Shown here: positions 27,537 to 39,173 of the stretch, piece after piece
How positions within the stretch are numbered: the stretch's first letter is position 1
Layout of the letters: each line of letters opens with the position of its first letter
NCBI GenBank assembly: GCA_000165425.1
Contig: CT868014.1
Span: 1-64,000 of the forward strand
From: Paramecium tetraurelia
Taxonomy: Eukaryota
Length of the DNA stretch: 64,000 nt
Reading direction: 5' to 3'
Translations under genes and position numbers: made by a program
The notes under the pieces: generated by a model
Database searches by the model: none
Told to the model about the DNA's origin: nothing
The model's input: the letters and a program-made list of their open reading frames with translations, nothing else

Positions 27537-29109
27537 ATGAAATTTAGTCAAACCCCAAAATCCACTTTAACCGAAAATTTCAATCCACCTCCTGGATATT
27601 ATATTGGGAATGATTTAAATGATATGCTGAATACCATCAAGACTAAACCACCCCAATAACAATTCTCGAGATCTGATCGATTTGGAGATATTCAAACAAA
27701 CATTCTTCCTCAGAGTAAAACTGTAGAAGGATTCGACAAAATTGCCTACTAAGCTTCTCTCAAACATTCCTTTTAAAATCAAAAACTAAAAGATCACAAC
27801 TATGTATATTAAGCATAAGTATGTAAGTTTTATTAATTATTATAGTCTTAGCAATAATTGAAGAAGACTCAAGATGTTGATAAGAAAATGAAGAACTTAC
27901 TTATCAAACAAATGGAAAACTGTTTGAACTAATAACTCGAAATAACACCATCAGGACAATGTGTTTTGGATAAATCTAAACTGTTGCAAAAGTTATAAAC
28001 CATTGCTCCATTACAAGTAACATAAATCAACTAAAACGCTAGCCTCCCGGTCCTGGACATTACAATTCTAATGAAACCTTAATTAAGCCCAGAGTAAGAG
28101 GAGCAATCATCAAAGAGGATAGCAAAAGAACAACATTCTAAGAGCCATTCTTGACAGCCGATGTGATCTATGGAAAGTAATTAACTAATAATGGATAAAA
28201 CGAATCTGAATCTAATATATCACAAAAGTAGAAGCAGAAGAAAATCAAATTTATTCAAGGAGATGAATATAACTTAGAAAAATTATTTGAAAAAGATAAG
28301 AAGAAGAAAGAAAGACAAACTGCTCCCCCACCTGGTCATTATGAAATCGAATCCCAATTCGGAAAAATTACAGAATTGAACTATTAAAATTAATGCTTTG
28401 ATAGTAGAGAACCCAGATTTAAATACATTTCAGATGAAAATCCAGGACCTGGTTAATATAAAGCCGATAATTAATTTAATGAATTTGGTGGATATATGTC
28501 AAAACTACCTAGATAACCTCCAAAAGATAATATGATTGTTCCTGTTGGGAATTACATTGTATAAGATTTATCAAGACCTCAAAGAAAAGATGGGCTCTTT
28601 CCATCGAGTTTTGGATCTGGGTCTAAGAGAATGAAAGAAGTCGTCATAAATAGTGAAGTTCCTGGTCCTGGTAGTTATGATAATTTGGTTTAAAAAAAGA
28701 AGCAATTTAAATATGTGTTTAGAAAGAAAGAGAAACGACCTACTATTGAAAAGTATCCTGAATCCTTTGGTTTATCAGTAGCCAAAGAATTAGTGTCTGT
28801 CAATACCACAAAGGAACGAAGCAAATCTCTTCAAAAACCAGTATAAATATTATAAATCTTTAGTAATAATCCTCTATGTTTTCTTCGAATGTCCAAAGAT
28901 TTAAGGATAAAAAGATCACAGAAGAGTTAGGCCCAGGAAGTTATACAGTGCATGATCAGTTTACGAAAACAACTTTTAATTAAGGAAATGATATCTTTGG
29001 AAAGGGTTAAAGAATCTAATAATAATAATTCTAAGAAATAGGTCCAGGGGCTTATGATGGAGATTACAAGGTTCTTAAGAAGAATTTTGTTAGAGATGTT
29101 CATTTTTGA
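27537..29109 (+). CDS. Sperm-tail PG-rich (SHIPPO/ODF3/STPG-like) repeat protein, probably ciliary
   Basis: Repeated PPPGYY, PGPGHY, PPPGHY, PGPGQY, PGPGSY, LGPGSY, IGPGAY with F....RF linkers. Confidence 0.85.
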
Positions 29110-29127
29110 CTTTTTAATATGTGTAAA

Positions 29128-29999
29128 TCATTTAAACATATTTTACATTATTTCCTTAAATAAATCTACTTTCTCTTTATCTTTAAACATGACCTTAAGA
29201 GTGTCGACTTAAATAGAATCTTTTTCATTTTAGGATTGAGTCTGCTTTGTACTGATCGCCCTGATAATAATGTTTTCCTATTTGGATCCCAAGGGTTTCA
29301 CTTCTGAAATTCCTTTAAATAATTATCCTGTATACAATATCTATTGAATTTGATTCCTGTTTATTAATATAATGAGTACCGATAGATAAAGTAAAATGTT
29401 TCCTTCTCTTTTGCCTTTTCCAAGGCAACTGTTCCTTTTTCTACTACATCATTGGCATTTTTTCGGAACTTCTCAATTTCAGCCACAAGTAATTACTCAG
29501 TCTATGCTGAATAGTCATATTTCATTTCAATTTACTTTGGTTCTTCATCTTCTGGTTTTTAATCATCTTCTGCTCCTAAATTATTATGCGAAAAGAAAAT
29601 ACCTGCATCCTCGCCACCATCACTTTCATCTGATTTAGGAATTTTGTAATCAATGCCAAATAAAGAGGGACCTGGTTTAGTCAAATCAATCCCATTAATA
29701 TTTGGCTCTTATTTATTTAGAGCGGCAAACAATCCTGTGCTTGGTTTAGTTGAACCAAACAAACCTCCACTTTAATTTACTGGTGCCTCTACATTGCTAA
29801 TTAAATTGCTTTAATGGTTTTCAAATAAGGATTAGATTTATCCTTCTCCATTTTTCTTTTCATTTGATTCTGTCACTTTATTCTCCTATTTATTGTCCTA
29901 ATTTTAATCGGAATCCTTCTCTTATTATGGTTCGTTGACTTCGTCTCCTTTTACAGATTCATCTACTTTTGACTTCAAATCAACTGATTGTTAAGCCAT
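29128..29999 (-). CDS. FG-motif protein with divergent Ran-binding (RanBP1/PH-like) C-terminal domain
   Basis: SGGLFGS, TGLFAA, LLFG, acidic linker, then EKGTVALEK..IFTLIYRNQIQQILYTGQL resembling RanBD. Confidence 0.55.
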
Positions 30000-30108
30000 A
30001 TTATAATAAAAGTTTTTATTAAATAATTAAATTTAAGAAGACACTATTTTTTAATTTTTTAATATCATTGTGTTTATATTGTTTTATATTCTATTGAATA
30101 ATCTTATA

Positions 30109-30854
30109 TCATGCCAAACTGCCTCCTGTCCATCTTGCCTTAATTTCTATGGTCTCTCCAGGGGGTATAGATAACTAAGCTAAAGTTCTATTGCATTTTA
30201 CCCCTTGGAGTGGGATATCATTATAATAAAGATCCAAATCAACAATAGATCTATCTTACATTGATTTATTACCTATCTTGGAAGCCAAAGTATTTAAATA
30301 GTTGATCCTTGATATCATTGATAGTATTATTATCTGATAGATTTTTAAATTCGAATCCTTGTTTGCTTAAATTGGCTGTTGTTTTAAATTTCAAAGTAAA
30401 CTGTCCTTAATTCATTGCACCTTGTTATGAAATCATCAAATTTGATTGTGGGAATAAATCACTAACATCTGGTTATTTTTAAATTGGTTGAGAATCCCCC
30501 AAATCAGGAGGCTCACTATCAACCAATTTGGGTTATGATTTTATTGCAATATCATATTCAATGAACTCCTCCTCCCTTAGAATTAGTAATTCCACAGGTG
30601 GACCTTAAAGTGAAATCATTGGAAAGTAAACTTCCAAAGCCTTATTGAGCTCATCTCCTTTGCATAACATTCCTCTATCAGACAAATACACTCCTGGATT
30701 CAGTAGCATCTACTTTTTACTATATTTAATCACACATTTTTTACGCATATGCCCCATCTATAGTGTGTTAAATCAACTCGTTGAGAGTTGTCTTGGGATT
30801 GATTTAAGCAGTCAAACTCCTTCCACAATACTTCACTGATACTCGTATATTCAT
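30109..30854 (-). CDS. Ubiquitin-like domain protein (probably tandem UBL) ending RWTGG-SLA
   Basis: 232 aa after removing introns 30720-30744 and 30251-30272; C-terminal NRTLAQLSIPPGETIEIKARWTGGSLA* aligns by eye to ubiquitin [24 protein letters not shown]. Confidence 0.75.
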
Positions 30855-30939
30855 TTACAATTTAATAATAAATATATTGTCTATTAATAACTTTTTAAAA
30901 TATATAAGAATAGTCACAAGATTCATGTCGAAATATTTC

Positions 30940-31788
30940 TCATTCCTAATCAATTTAGTAAAGGAGGTCATTATCATCGTTGAGGAAGGATCTCTAAACC
31001 TCATTGCTGACATCTTCGTATTGCTGTGAAAATTGGGGAATACAATTCGCATTCATTATCTATCTGATTTTTTCAATTATCTCATAGAGATAATCCTTGT
31101 GATTTTCTAAGGAATTTAAATATACTCCTTTTAGGATTTCCAGTTGTGTACAGCTAGTTCCTTGTATCATTTGGTCAATACGTTTTTCTTTATTTAAGAG
31201 TAAAAAGAAATTTTAAACTATCTGAGGCACTTAATCCAAATGTTGAGATTATTCAATCAATTTTTCGCCGATTTGTTCTGTAGTGTAATGTAACTCAAAC
31301 ATTTTTAGAAGTGAAGTTAGTTCATAATAAAACTATTCATTTAGAAGGAATTTGATATTCTTAATAATTGAATTCCATTTCTCATTTTTGAAGAGTATTT
31401 TTTAATATTGTTGCTTATCGAATCGATCATGTCTAAAAAAATAAACGACGGCAAGACTCTTGCATTTCCAATTAAACAAACTTCGAGCTACGTGCTCCAT
31501 ATAGGAGTATGTATTTTTGTTTTAAAAAATAGCCTATAACTTTTCTTATTTGGCCTAGGCCTTATCGGAGAGCCCATCTTTGTGTATATTCTTTTTTGTG
31601 CCTGCCAAACTCAAATAGACGTGCCTTCCAATCTGAGTAAAATATTCTATTAGTTGTCTTTCCTCCTTAAAAGAACTCCAAATTGCTGGACTTTCCAATT
31701 TTATTATGTGGATTCCTACAGGCTTGCCAACTCCCTTTTTCAGTTGTACCTCATGTGTTTTGAGCTTTTTGATGTTTTTTGTTTTCAT
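30940..31788 (-). CDS. Hypothetical protein
   Basis: Intronless frame MKTKNIKKLKTHEVQLKKGVGKP... to TGA at 30940-30942. Confidence 0.7.
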
Positions 31789-31953
31789 TTTTAATTTGTA
31801 AAATGTTCTAAACTATTTCACTTTTGAATACAGACTTGATTTCTATTAGTGTAATATTATTTCACCTTCTTAATTCAATAGAATTTCAATAATAGAATTA
31901 ATGAAAATAGAAAATATAATATTTTTAAATTTATAATCTATATATATAATACA

Positions 31954-32802
31954 TCAATCAGATACGTATTATTAATCATAATCCTCCTCCACTTACATGC
32001 AGGCAAGTAATTCATTAATATACGACTCATAATCCTATAGAGTTTGGTCTAACTCGTAGAATTTCTCATATCGACTTTGCAGTTTTTCATCAAAATCTTT
32101 TTTGCTAATTAAATCTATATCCTCAAAACTTCTAATTAAGTATTTTGTAAAAAGACATTATAAAATGGTTTCAGCAGTGCTTAATGTTTTGTTATGTTGT
32201 TCTCGATACATTTGTTGTAAATTATCGTATAACAATTACGCATTCTAAAACTATAAATATGTAAAATATTCTTTGTGAAACTTCTAATTTAGCATAGGAG
32301 CCAATTTCTTTAGGGAAGGATAATTACTATAATTATCAAAATTATCGATAAGCCTTGGAACACCTTCTATGATTTGAAAATCAGGATTTGATGATTTGAA
32401 GAAAAAGACAATACAATTTTTATTTGATTTCTCAACAATTTGGCAATATTCCACAATAAGTTTTGGAATCTTTATTTAAGCAGCATTTAGAAATATCCCA
32501 GGAGCATCAATTTTTTACTTTGGTTTTGCTTTAGACTATCCATTCTACTCCACTGTCGCCTTATTATTCTAATCGACTGCTGCTCCATTTTAGTCCTGCT
32601 GCTCAATTGCCACCTTTTTTATGCCAGTCTGCTAAAAACAAATAAATCTCCCCAAACGAGATAGCGCCTATATTGCTTAAGTACTCTATTAATCGGAGCT
32701 CCATGCATTTGTTTTCTCCAAAGGCTTCTAAGTGTTCATTCCCTTTGGCTTACCAATTTTATTGGGTCTCTTCTCGTTATTTGGATGCTACTATTATTAC
32801 AT
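31954..32802 (-). CDS. Hypothetical protein
   Basis: MQQQQHPNNEKRPNKIGKPKG... open to TGA 31954-31956. Confidence 0.7.
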
Positions 32803-32820
32803 TATTTAATTTAATAAATA

Positions 32821-34662
32821 TCATTAATTGTTTTCTTCATTATACATTTATAACTTTTATTATACAACTATTAATCTCTCAGCAAGCGTTTACTTCTATT
32901 AATCTCTTATTAGAACAATATACTTATTGCATTTCTAAATTGTTTTTCTCGTTCAAAACAATCTTTTCGTATTCCTCAAGAAAAGCGATTTTCTACTGTA
33001 TTTTTTCCATTTAAACATTGATGATAGCATTGATACATTAATTTAATTTATTTTCTTCCTTAGTGATTTCAGCATTAGCTTTATTGATTGAGTCCTCTTT
33101 GAAATTGACAATTTAAGTTTGATCAAGAGCAATCTATCAATACTAATAATAAATACTAAGTTATTTTGCAAATTGGTTAACTCCTTGTTTGAATTACCAT
33201 TGCACAATTTTTCCCCATTGTGTTACTTCGATTCTTCAACCTAATTAAGGTGTTTTTGGAAAATGGAGAGATGATACGCATATAGATTGGAGGAATCTGA
33301 GAATATTTAGGGCTATCAAGAATTATATGAATAATACTTCTTCACTTGCAATCCTACTAGCCAAGTCATAAATGGTCAATTTTTGCAATTGTTCCTATCC
33401 ATCCAAAGAACGAATAATTGAGGATTACTTTTGAAAGGGATAGATGAGAAAATAGATAAGTATCTAAATAACATCTAATTTGACTTTTCTATTCTCATTT
33501 ATAAATTCTGCAATTTTATCCCAACCTACTTCTGGATTTTCTTGGATGTAATTCAACATTTCTGATAACTCCTTATCACTTAATTGAGTGTCTGATTGCT
33601 CTGCTTGATCAATTGAGATGTTAGTGCTTTTCAATCTTTCTTCAATATCAGTTTTAAAGAAGTCCTCTGCACAGAGTATGTTTGGGAAATGATTATTCCC
33701 ATAGCATCTTATACATAGAATAATTTCTTTGATATCTTTAATAGGTTTTTATTGGTACCAAACTAAATTACATTTCATTTAACATGAATCGCAAATAGGC
33801 CTAATATTATTTTATCTTGTAACCTTAATTTAAGTGACAAAGCTCTTATTGAATCAATAATTTATTATTCACTTAATTAATATTGTTCCAAACTATTTTT
33901 GGATTAAAATAACTCATTAAATAAATTATCAGGAATAGCAGGCTAAGGGATAATTTTGCCTTAGTATTAGTCTGAATCCACCTGAGAATTGATGATTCCC
34001 CAGTGATTCAAAAATCCATGAATTCTGACTATTGTGCATGCATCAGCAGCTAGTTGTCTCCGACATGCAGTAGTAGTCAAATATACATTTGGAGTGTTAT
34101 AATATAAATTAATAATAAAGTTCCTATGTTTCTTATAAAGTTGAGGGGTTTTGTGTTTGTTCTCTTGATTGAAATACTCCTTAAAATTCTCCTTCTCAAT
34201 TGAATGTATTTTGTCAATTCTGAACCAAGAAGTACAAGAAGGTACAATGATTTCAAAAGATCTCTTCCTAGTAACAAAAGGATCTGGAGGGAAAATTTAA
34301 AAATTTTGAGGCTGGATTGGTGGATTAGTCAAAGGTTACTGCAAAATTGGCTTATAAGTGTGTGGAGGAGATGCAGAAATGATAGATTGTTTGGATTATT
34401 AGACTTAAATATTTTAAGGATTCATTTATGGATATAAGAATGCTTGCTTAGGAGAAAGCATTGCTGGATTTATTTGTAATTGTTATTAGGTAATTTATGA
34501 TTAACTAGGTAATGTTGTTCCTTAAGACTTATTTTTAATCTAATTGGTTGATTGAGGAGGAGGTAATTGAACAATACTTTTTGGAATACGAACTGTTGTA
34601 TCTGCATCATGAACAATGAATCCATTTGCAACTTTCTTTAGAGTAACTTTAACTTATGGCAT
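32821..34662 (-). CDS. SWI3: SWI3/SMARCC-type chromatin-remodelling subunit (SWIRM, ZZ-like finger, SANT, coiled coil)
   Basis: IIVPSCTSWFRIDKIHSIEKENFKEYF..YKKHRNFIINLY..YLTTTACRRQLAADACTIVRIHGFLNHWGIIN (SWIRM); ICDSC..LCIRCY; GWDKIAEFI. Confidence 0.9.
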
Positions 34663-34715
34663 TTTCTTCTAATTCATTAATTTATTTATATACAATATAA
34701 TTAATTTTATATAAA

Positions 34716-35165
34716 ATGAACACAAAGTCATTTGAAGTTTTGATACATTCATAATATGCCTTCCACAGATGCAGAAGTGAAGTGCACAAGTATGAAGATT
34801 GCAGATAGACCACATCCCCAATTCCCAAGGATCCACGTCTGTGCAGAAACACCGCTAGAGAATTGGTTGGATGCTATAAGGAGGCGTAATTAATATGAGA
34901 TTATGATCATTAGAGAACGTATGCATCCATTGTGTTTGGCTCCTTTCAATGATGTCAGGGAATGTGTATTTAAGGCTGATGGCAATATCTTCAACTGCAA
35001 GAAAGAATCACAATAATTCGTTGATTGCCAAATGAATTAAGAAAAATATCAGGATTTCTTGGCTGTAACATAATATAATACAAATAGTTATCAACAGACA
35101 AATAAAAAGAAGCTTTATAATTTGATTTCTTCAACTACAGAGGCCATTTCGACAAGTATAGTTGA
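34716..35165 (+). CDS. NDUFA8: Quadruple CX9C protein, complex I subunit NDUFA8-like
   Basis: MNTKSFEVLIHSQYAFHRC; four CX9C helices (CRSEVHKYEDC, CRNTARELVGC, CLAPFNDVREC, CKKESQQFVDC); two introns. Confidence 0.8.
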
Positions 35166-35228
35166 AGTATTAGTGATTTATAAATATAAAAAGACATAAT
35201 AATATTAAAAATATCGATATTTTATTAA

Positions 35229-36062
35229 ATGAGTGAACAGTCCTACCCAATATCAAGAGAAAAACCCGAACTCAACCCTCAAAAGTATTAACAATCAGAG
35301 ATACTCTGACACTGATAATTCCTATAACAAATAACCGCAAAATTATAAACAGACCTATTAGTACAATTATTTTCTTAACTTCTTTAGTAAAAATCAGAAT
35401 CACGATAGACAAAGCAATATCAACTACTCTCACAATTATAACACCTATAGACAAAGCAATTCCAAATATCCTCAAAAACAAAGAGACTATTACTATCAAG
35501 CATAACCTGATCCAATATCCTAAAGTTAAAAGCCACTCAAACAATCTGAAACTGAAAAAGACTCTCAACAAACCAATAAAGACTTATTCCAATAGGCAAA
35601 TCAAGATGCCCAATTCCAAAATCAAATCTAAATTGGTGGCCAATCCAATCAAAATCAATAATTGAATGACATTAAACCCTCAACTCAAGTTTCCAATGAT
35701 AAATAAGAGCTATCAACGCAATAAATTAATGGTCCTCAATCTTAAGAGTCTGCATCTAAGGAAATCTAAAAACCATAATTTAATGAAAAAGTATAAACAA
35801 TTGCAAATGCAAATAGTGAATCAACTGCTACAATCTAACACAATAAATAGCTTCTTGGCATTTCATAATAATAATTGATTTAATAAAAATAAATACCATT
35901 ATTAGTATAATTTTTGATTCTACCTAATGACACAACTTCACAACCTTAATTGATCCCATTAACATTAGTAATTATTAAACTAATTATCTATAGTAAAATT
36001 TAACACAAACATACGAGTAATTAAAGCTATTAATTTAAAATGATGATTAACAATAGAGTTGA
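35229..36062 (+). CDS. Low-complexity Q/N/S-rich hypothetical protein, frameshifted near the start
   Basis: ATG frame stops at about 35309, but a long open frame offset by +1 continues to TGA 36060-36062 via one intron. Confidence 0.5.
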
Positions 36063-36149
36063 AATGTAATAATGTGTGTGTGCATATAAATATTATTAAT
36101 ATAATAAACTACTAAATAAAATACATATTCTGGTTTTACATAAAATAAT

Positions 36150-37709
36150 TCACAAATCAGATTTGCTTTTGTTTTATTCTGTATGTGTAAGCTAAACATT
36201 TTGTTTAACAAAGGCATAAAGATTCTCCTTGCTAAATTCTTAATCAAAATTAACTGGATTAGATGTCACCTTTGGAATATATAATTTAAATCCTGGGTAG
36301 TTTTCAATCTTCACACTCTCCAAATCATTGTATGACAAATCTATTTGAGCCAACACTAAATTCTCATTGCCCTTCAATTCCTTAGCCAAATCTTCAAATT
36401 CTGGTTCATAACTATAATGATAAAATCAATACGTTACCATTTGCTACTGGAAGTTTGACAAAACTGAACTAAAGTATTCTTATTTGAATTCAGAACCAAT
36501 TCATCAAAAGTATCTCCAACAACTTTGAGAACATTGGATGTTTGAGTTGGTATAGGTTGAGATTTTTGTTTTCTTGCAATTTTTCCGTTGTTGGCCCCAT
36601 GAACAAATCTCATCACATTCTCAACAGTGATTTGTCCATCAAATTTATAGACTTCGTTGGTTGTCTTATAATAATACAAAGAAGGGAATGTGGGAGTATT
36701 AATAAACAATTGACCTGTGACTTGATTCAACATGTAATTATCAGAGTAAACAGAAACTACAGTGATTCTTTTTTTGATGTTTGGAGCTATCAATTTTAGA
36801 ACATCCTTGGTTTCTTAACTTTATTGACTCCAAAAAAGAATCAAAGCTGGTGTATTTTTATTAAATATGGATGCGTAGCTCTTGTTGTCTAATTCCTCAA
36901 ATGATGGAGTTGAATTCTCATATAAGAAATTTGTTAATTTTTCTAAGGTTATTGAATCTGTGAATTCCTTTCTTCTCTCCTCGAATGTTCTGAATAGGAC
37001 TATTTATCCTTCATCTACATCGTATAATTTCTATAACAATAGTTAACTATCTTACTCTGGCATATGCTGAAGTGGTATAACCAAATTTCAAATTGGGGAA
37101 TATTTTAGCAGCCAATGAATAAATCTGTAATTCAGGTTGTTGAGAATCCTTAACGAAATATAATACACTCAAGGTATTATCACTTAAAAACTAAATTAAA
37201 GTTAGAATTTATTAATACCTTGTAAACATCATCAATTTCATCAACTCTCACTAATTTATCCTCAAGAGCTTGAGTTACAAAATTCATTAATCCACTAGCA
37301 CTTCTATCTCCATTATAAGGTACTGCATGTCCTTTAATTAGCAATATTATCGTTGGGAAACTCGATACTTTGTATCTATTTTCAAATTCAATTATTAAAC
37401 CTGTTCATAGCTTATTTTTCTTGATCTCCACCATTTAGTTTGGCAACAATGAAAGATTGACCAGCTTCTTTCACTTGTGTAGCAAATTGAGAATACTCGG
37501 GGGCAAATTGTTTGCAATGGCCACACCTATAATGAGAGGTAAAATATCAATTTAAACCATGAAGCATAAAACTCGACTAATAAGTAATCATACTGCTTGA
37601 TTGCAGCATTTATTGTATTATCATTAAGTACTAACACATCTCCATCATATGGGAATGTGTATCCGAACACTGATAATCCAATGACACAAAGTATTAAAAA
37701 CTTTAGCAT
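36150..37709 (-). CDS. PDI: Protein disulfide isomerase family (a-b-b'-a')
   Basis: Signal peptide, VEFYASW|CGHCK (intron-split), VLKVVGDTFDELV, C-terminal KSDL*. Confidence 0.92.
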
Positions 37710-37780
37710 AATTAAATATAAGTTTTGTTTTTTCAGATCTTAATTAAAATTAATTTATATTTCTATTATTTTACTTGACT

Positions 37781-38529
37781 ATGGCATACAAGCTTTTGAT
37801 TATTATTTATCCAAAAGAGTTAGATATTTTGGACTTTCAGATTACTTTAGAAGGAAGCACTTTAATATAAGAGTTATATGTATTTGTTTTAGAAACATAC
37901 CGTAATAAGTATGTTTGATGTCCATAATTTAGAATTCATAATCAAATTTATACATAGTGGATATCAAAAGTTAACGGATTGGGAAAATTTGCTTATGTAG
38001 AAGGATAAACAATATCAAATATATTTGGGAGTATGTAGAATGGTCAACTTTCTATTTTTACAGAGCCAGATAAAGTTCCTAAAGATAGCGAATTGGATAT
38101 TCTTTGTATTATCGCATCGTAATTATTAGAAACTGAAGATGATAAACCAATCTGTGTAAGCTTTATGCTAATCGATGGATCAAATGGAGTGACGTCCTCA
38201 TTAGAATACTAGTGTAAACCGAGTACTTTATTTTCCGATGGAATAAATGCATTATTCAACTTTAAATCCTACACTCAGTAATATCCAATTTAACAAAAGA
38301 GGAACGGCTGATTTTCAATTTGAAAAAGATGGAAAATAATTAATATTTGATTAGAAAACTACTTTTCGTTAATTAAATATAGTTTCTAACACAATTTTAA
38401 AAGTGAAAACGAGATGGACTGGAGGATGTTCCTGTGGTGATTAACTTAAATATTCAATATTTTAGAAATGTTTGCATTGAAATGTTATATATTATAGCTT
38501 ATGAATCATGTTAATAATTTTTAGTATGA
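37781..38529 (+). CDS. Ubiquitin-like domain protein (probably tandem UBL) with RWTGG motif; 3' end uncertain
   Basis: Introns 37909-37932, 38031-38063, 38278-38299 give 189 codons up to GG; FQFEKDGKQLIFDQKTTFRQLNIVSNTILKVKTRWTGG; first in-frame TGA 38527-38529. Confidence 0.7.
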
Positions 38530-39173
38530 GTAAAATTTGGGATTCTTTCCAAATTATCAAAAAAACCTATCTGATATCACTGATATACTTTCAATTATAA
38601 ATCAATTTTATTATCAATGGGAATTTTCTCTAAGTGATTGTTTGGTAATTAATATATATTTGCAGATTTACGCAGTCCTTTATTAGTTCTTTTTATAACT
38701 TATTAATGCATTTTTGATTTAGAGACACTACCTTCTCGTTAAATATTTCTCTTTTCATAATTATTATTATTAATTTGTATGATTTCCTGTTATTAACCAG
38801 ATGAGTTAAATTATTTTTGTAATGCTTTTGAATTAACTATTAATATTAAAATTAATATTGATAAGTCAATGGCTCGTTGCTACAATAGTGCTTAGAATAT
38901 ATAGTGTAATCATGAATATGAATTTAAAATTGAGTGGAGCATTCTTGTTTTTCTAAAAGGTTGTTTAAATAAGAATGATATTTATAAAGTCAAGTTTTTA
39001 AAAATAATATTAAGAGAATTCTAAATTTATATATATAATTACTGTTATGAAAAGTTTAAATTATCGATTTCCTCATTCAAGATAAGATTCTGGTTAAATG
39101 AACTTAACACGATCTCAATTGGGATAGGCCCAGTAAGTGACGAATGTACTAAATAAGTAAGAAAGTGATGTGA

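Noticed and set aside
35272..35571. Hydrophobic minus-strand ORF
   Set aside because: Antisense of the Q/N-rich plus-strand frame
38468..39168. Independent plus-strand gene
   Set aside because: I/F/L/N-rich non-coding-like composition, competing minus frames, and ends only 5 nt before the kinase ATG; long TGA-free frames arise by chance under code 6
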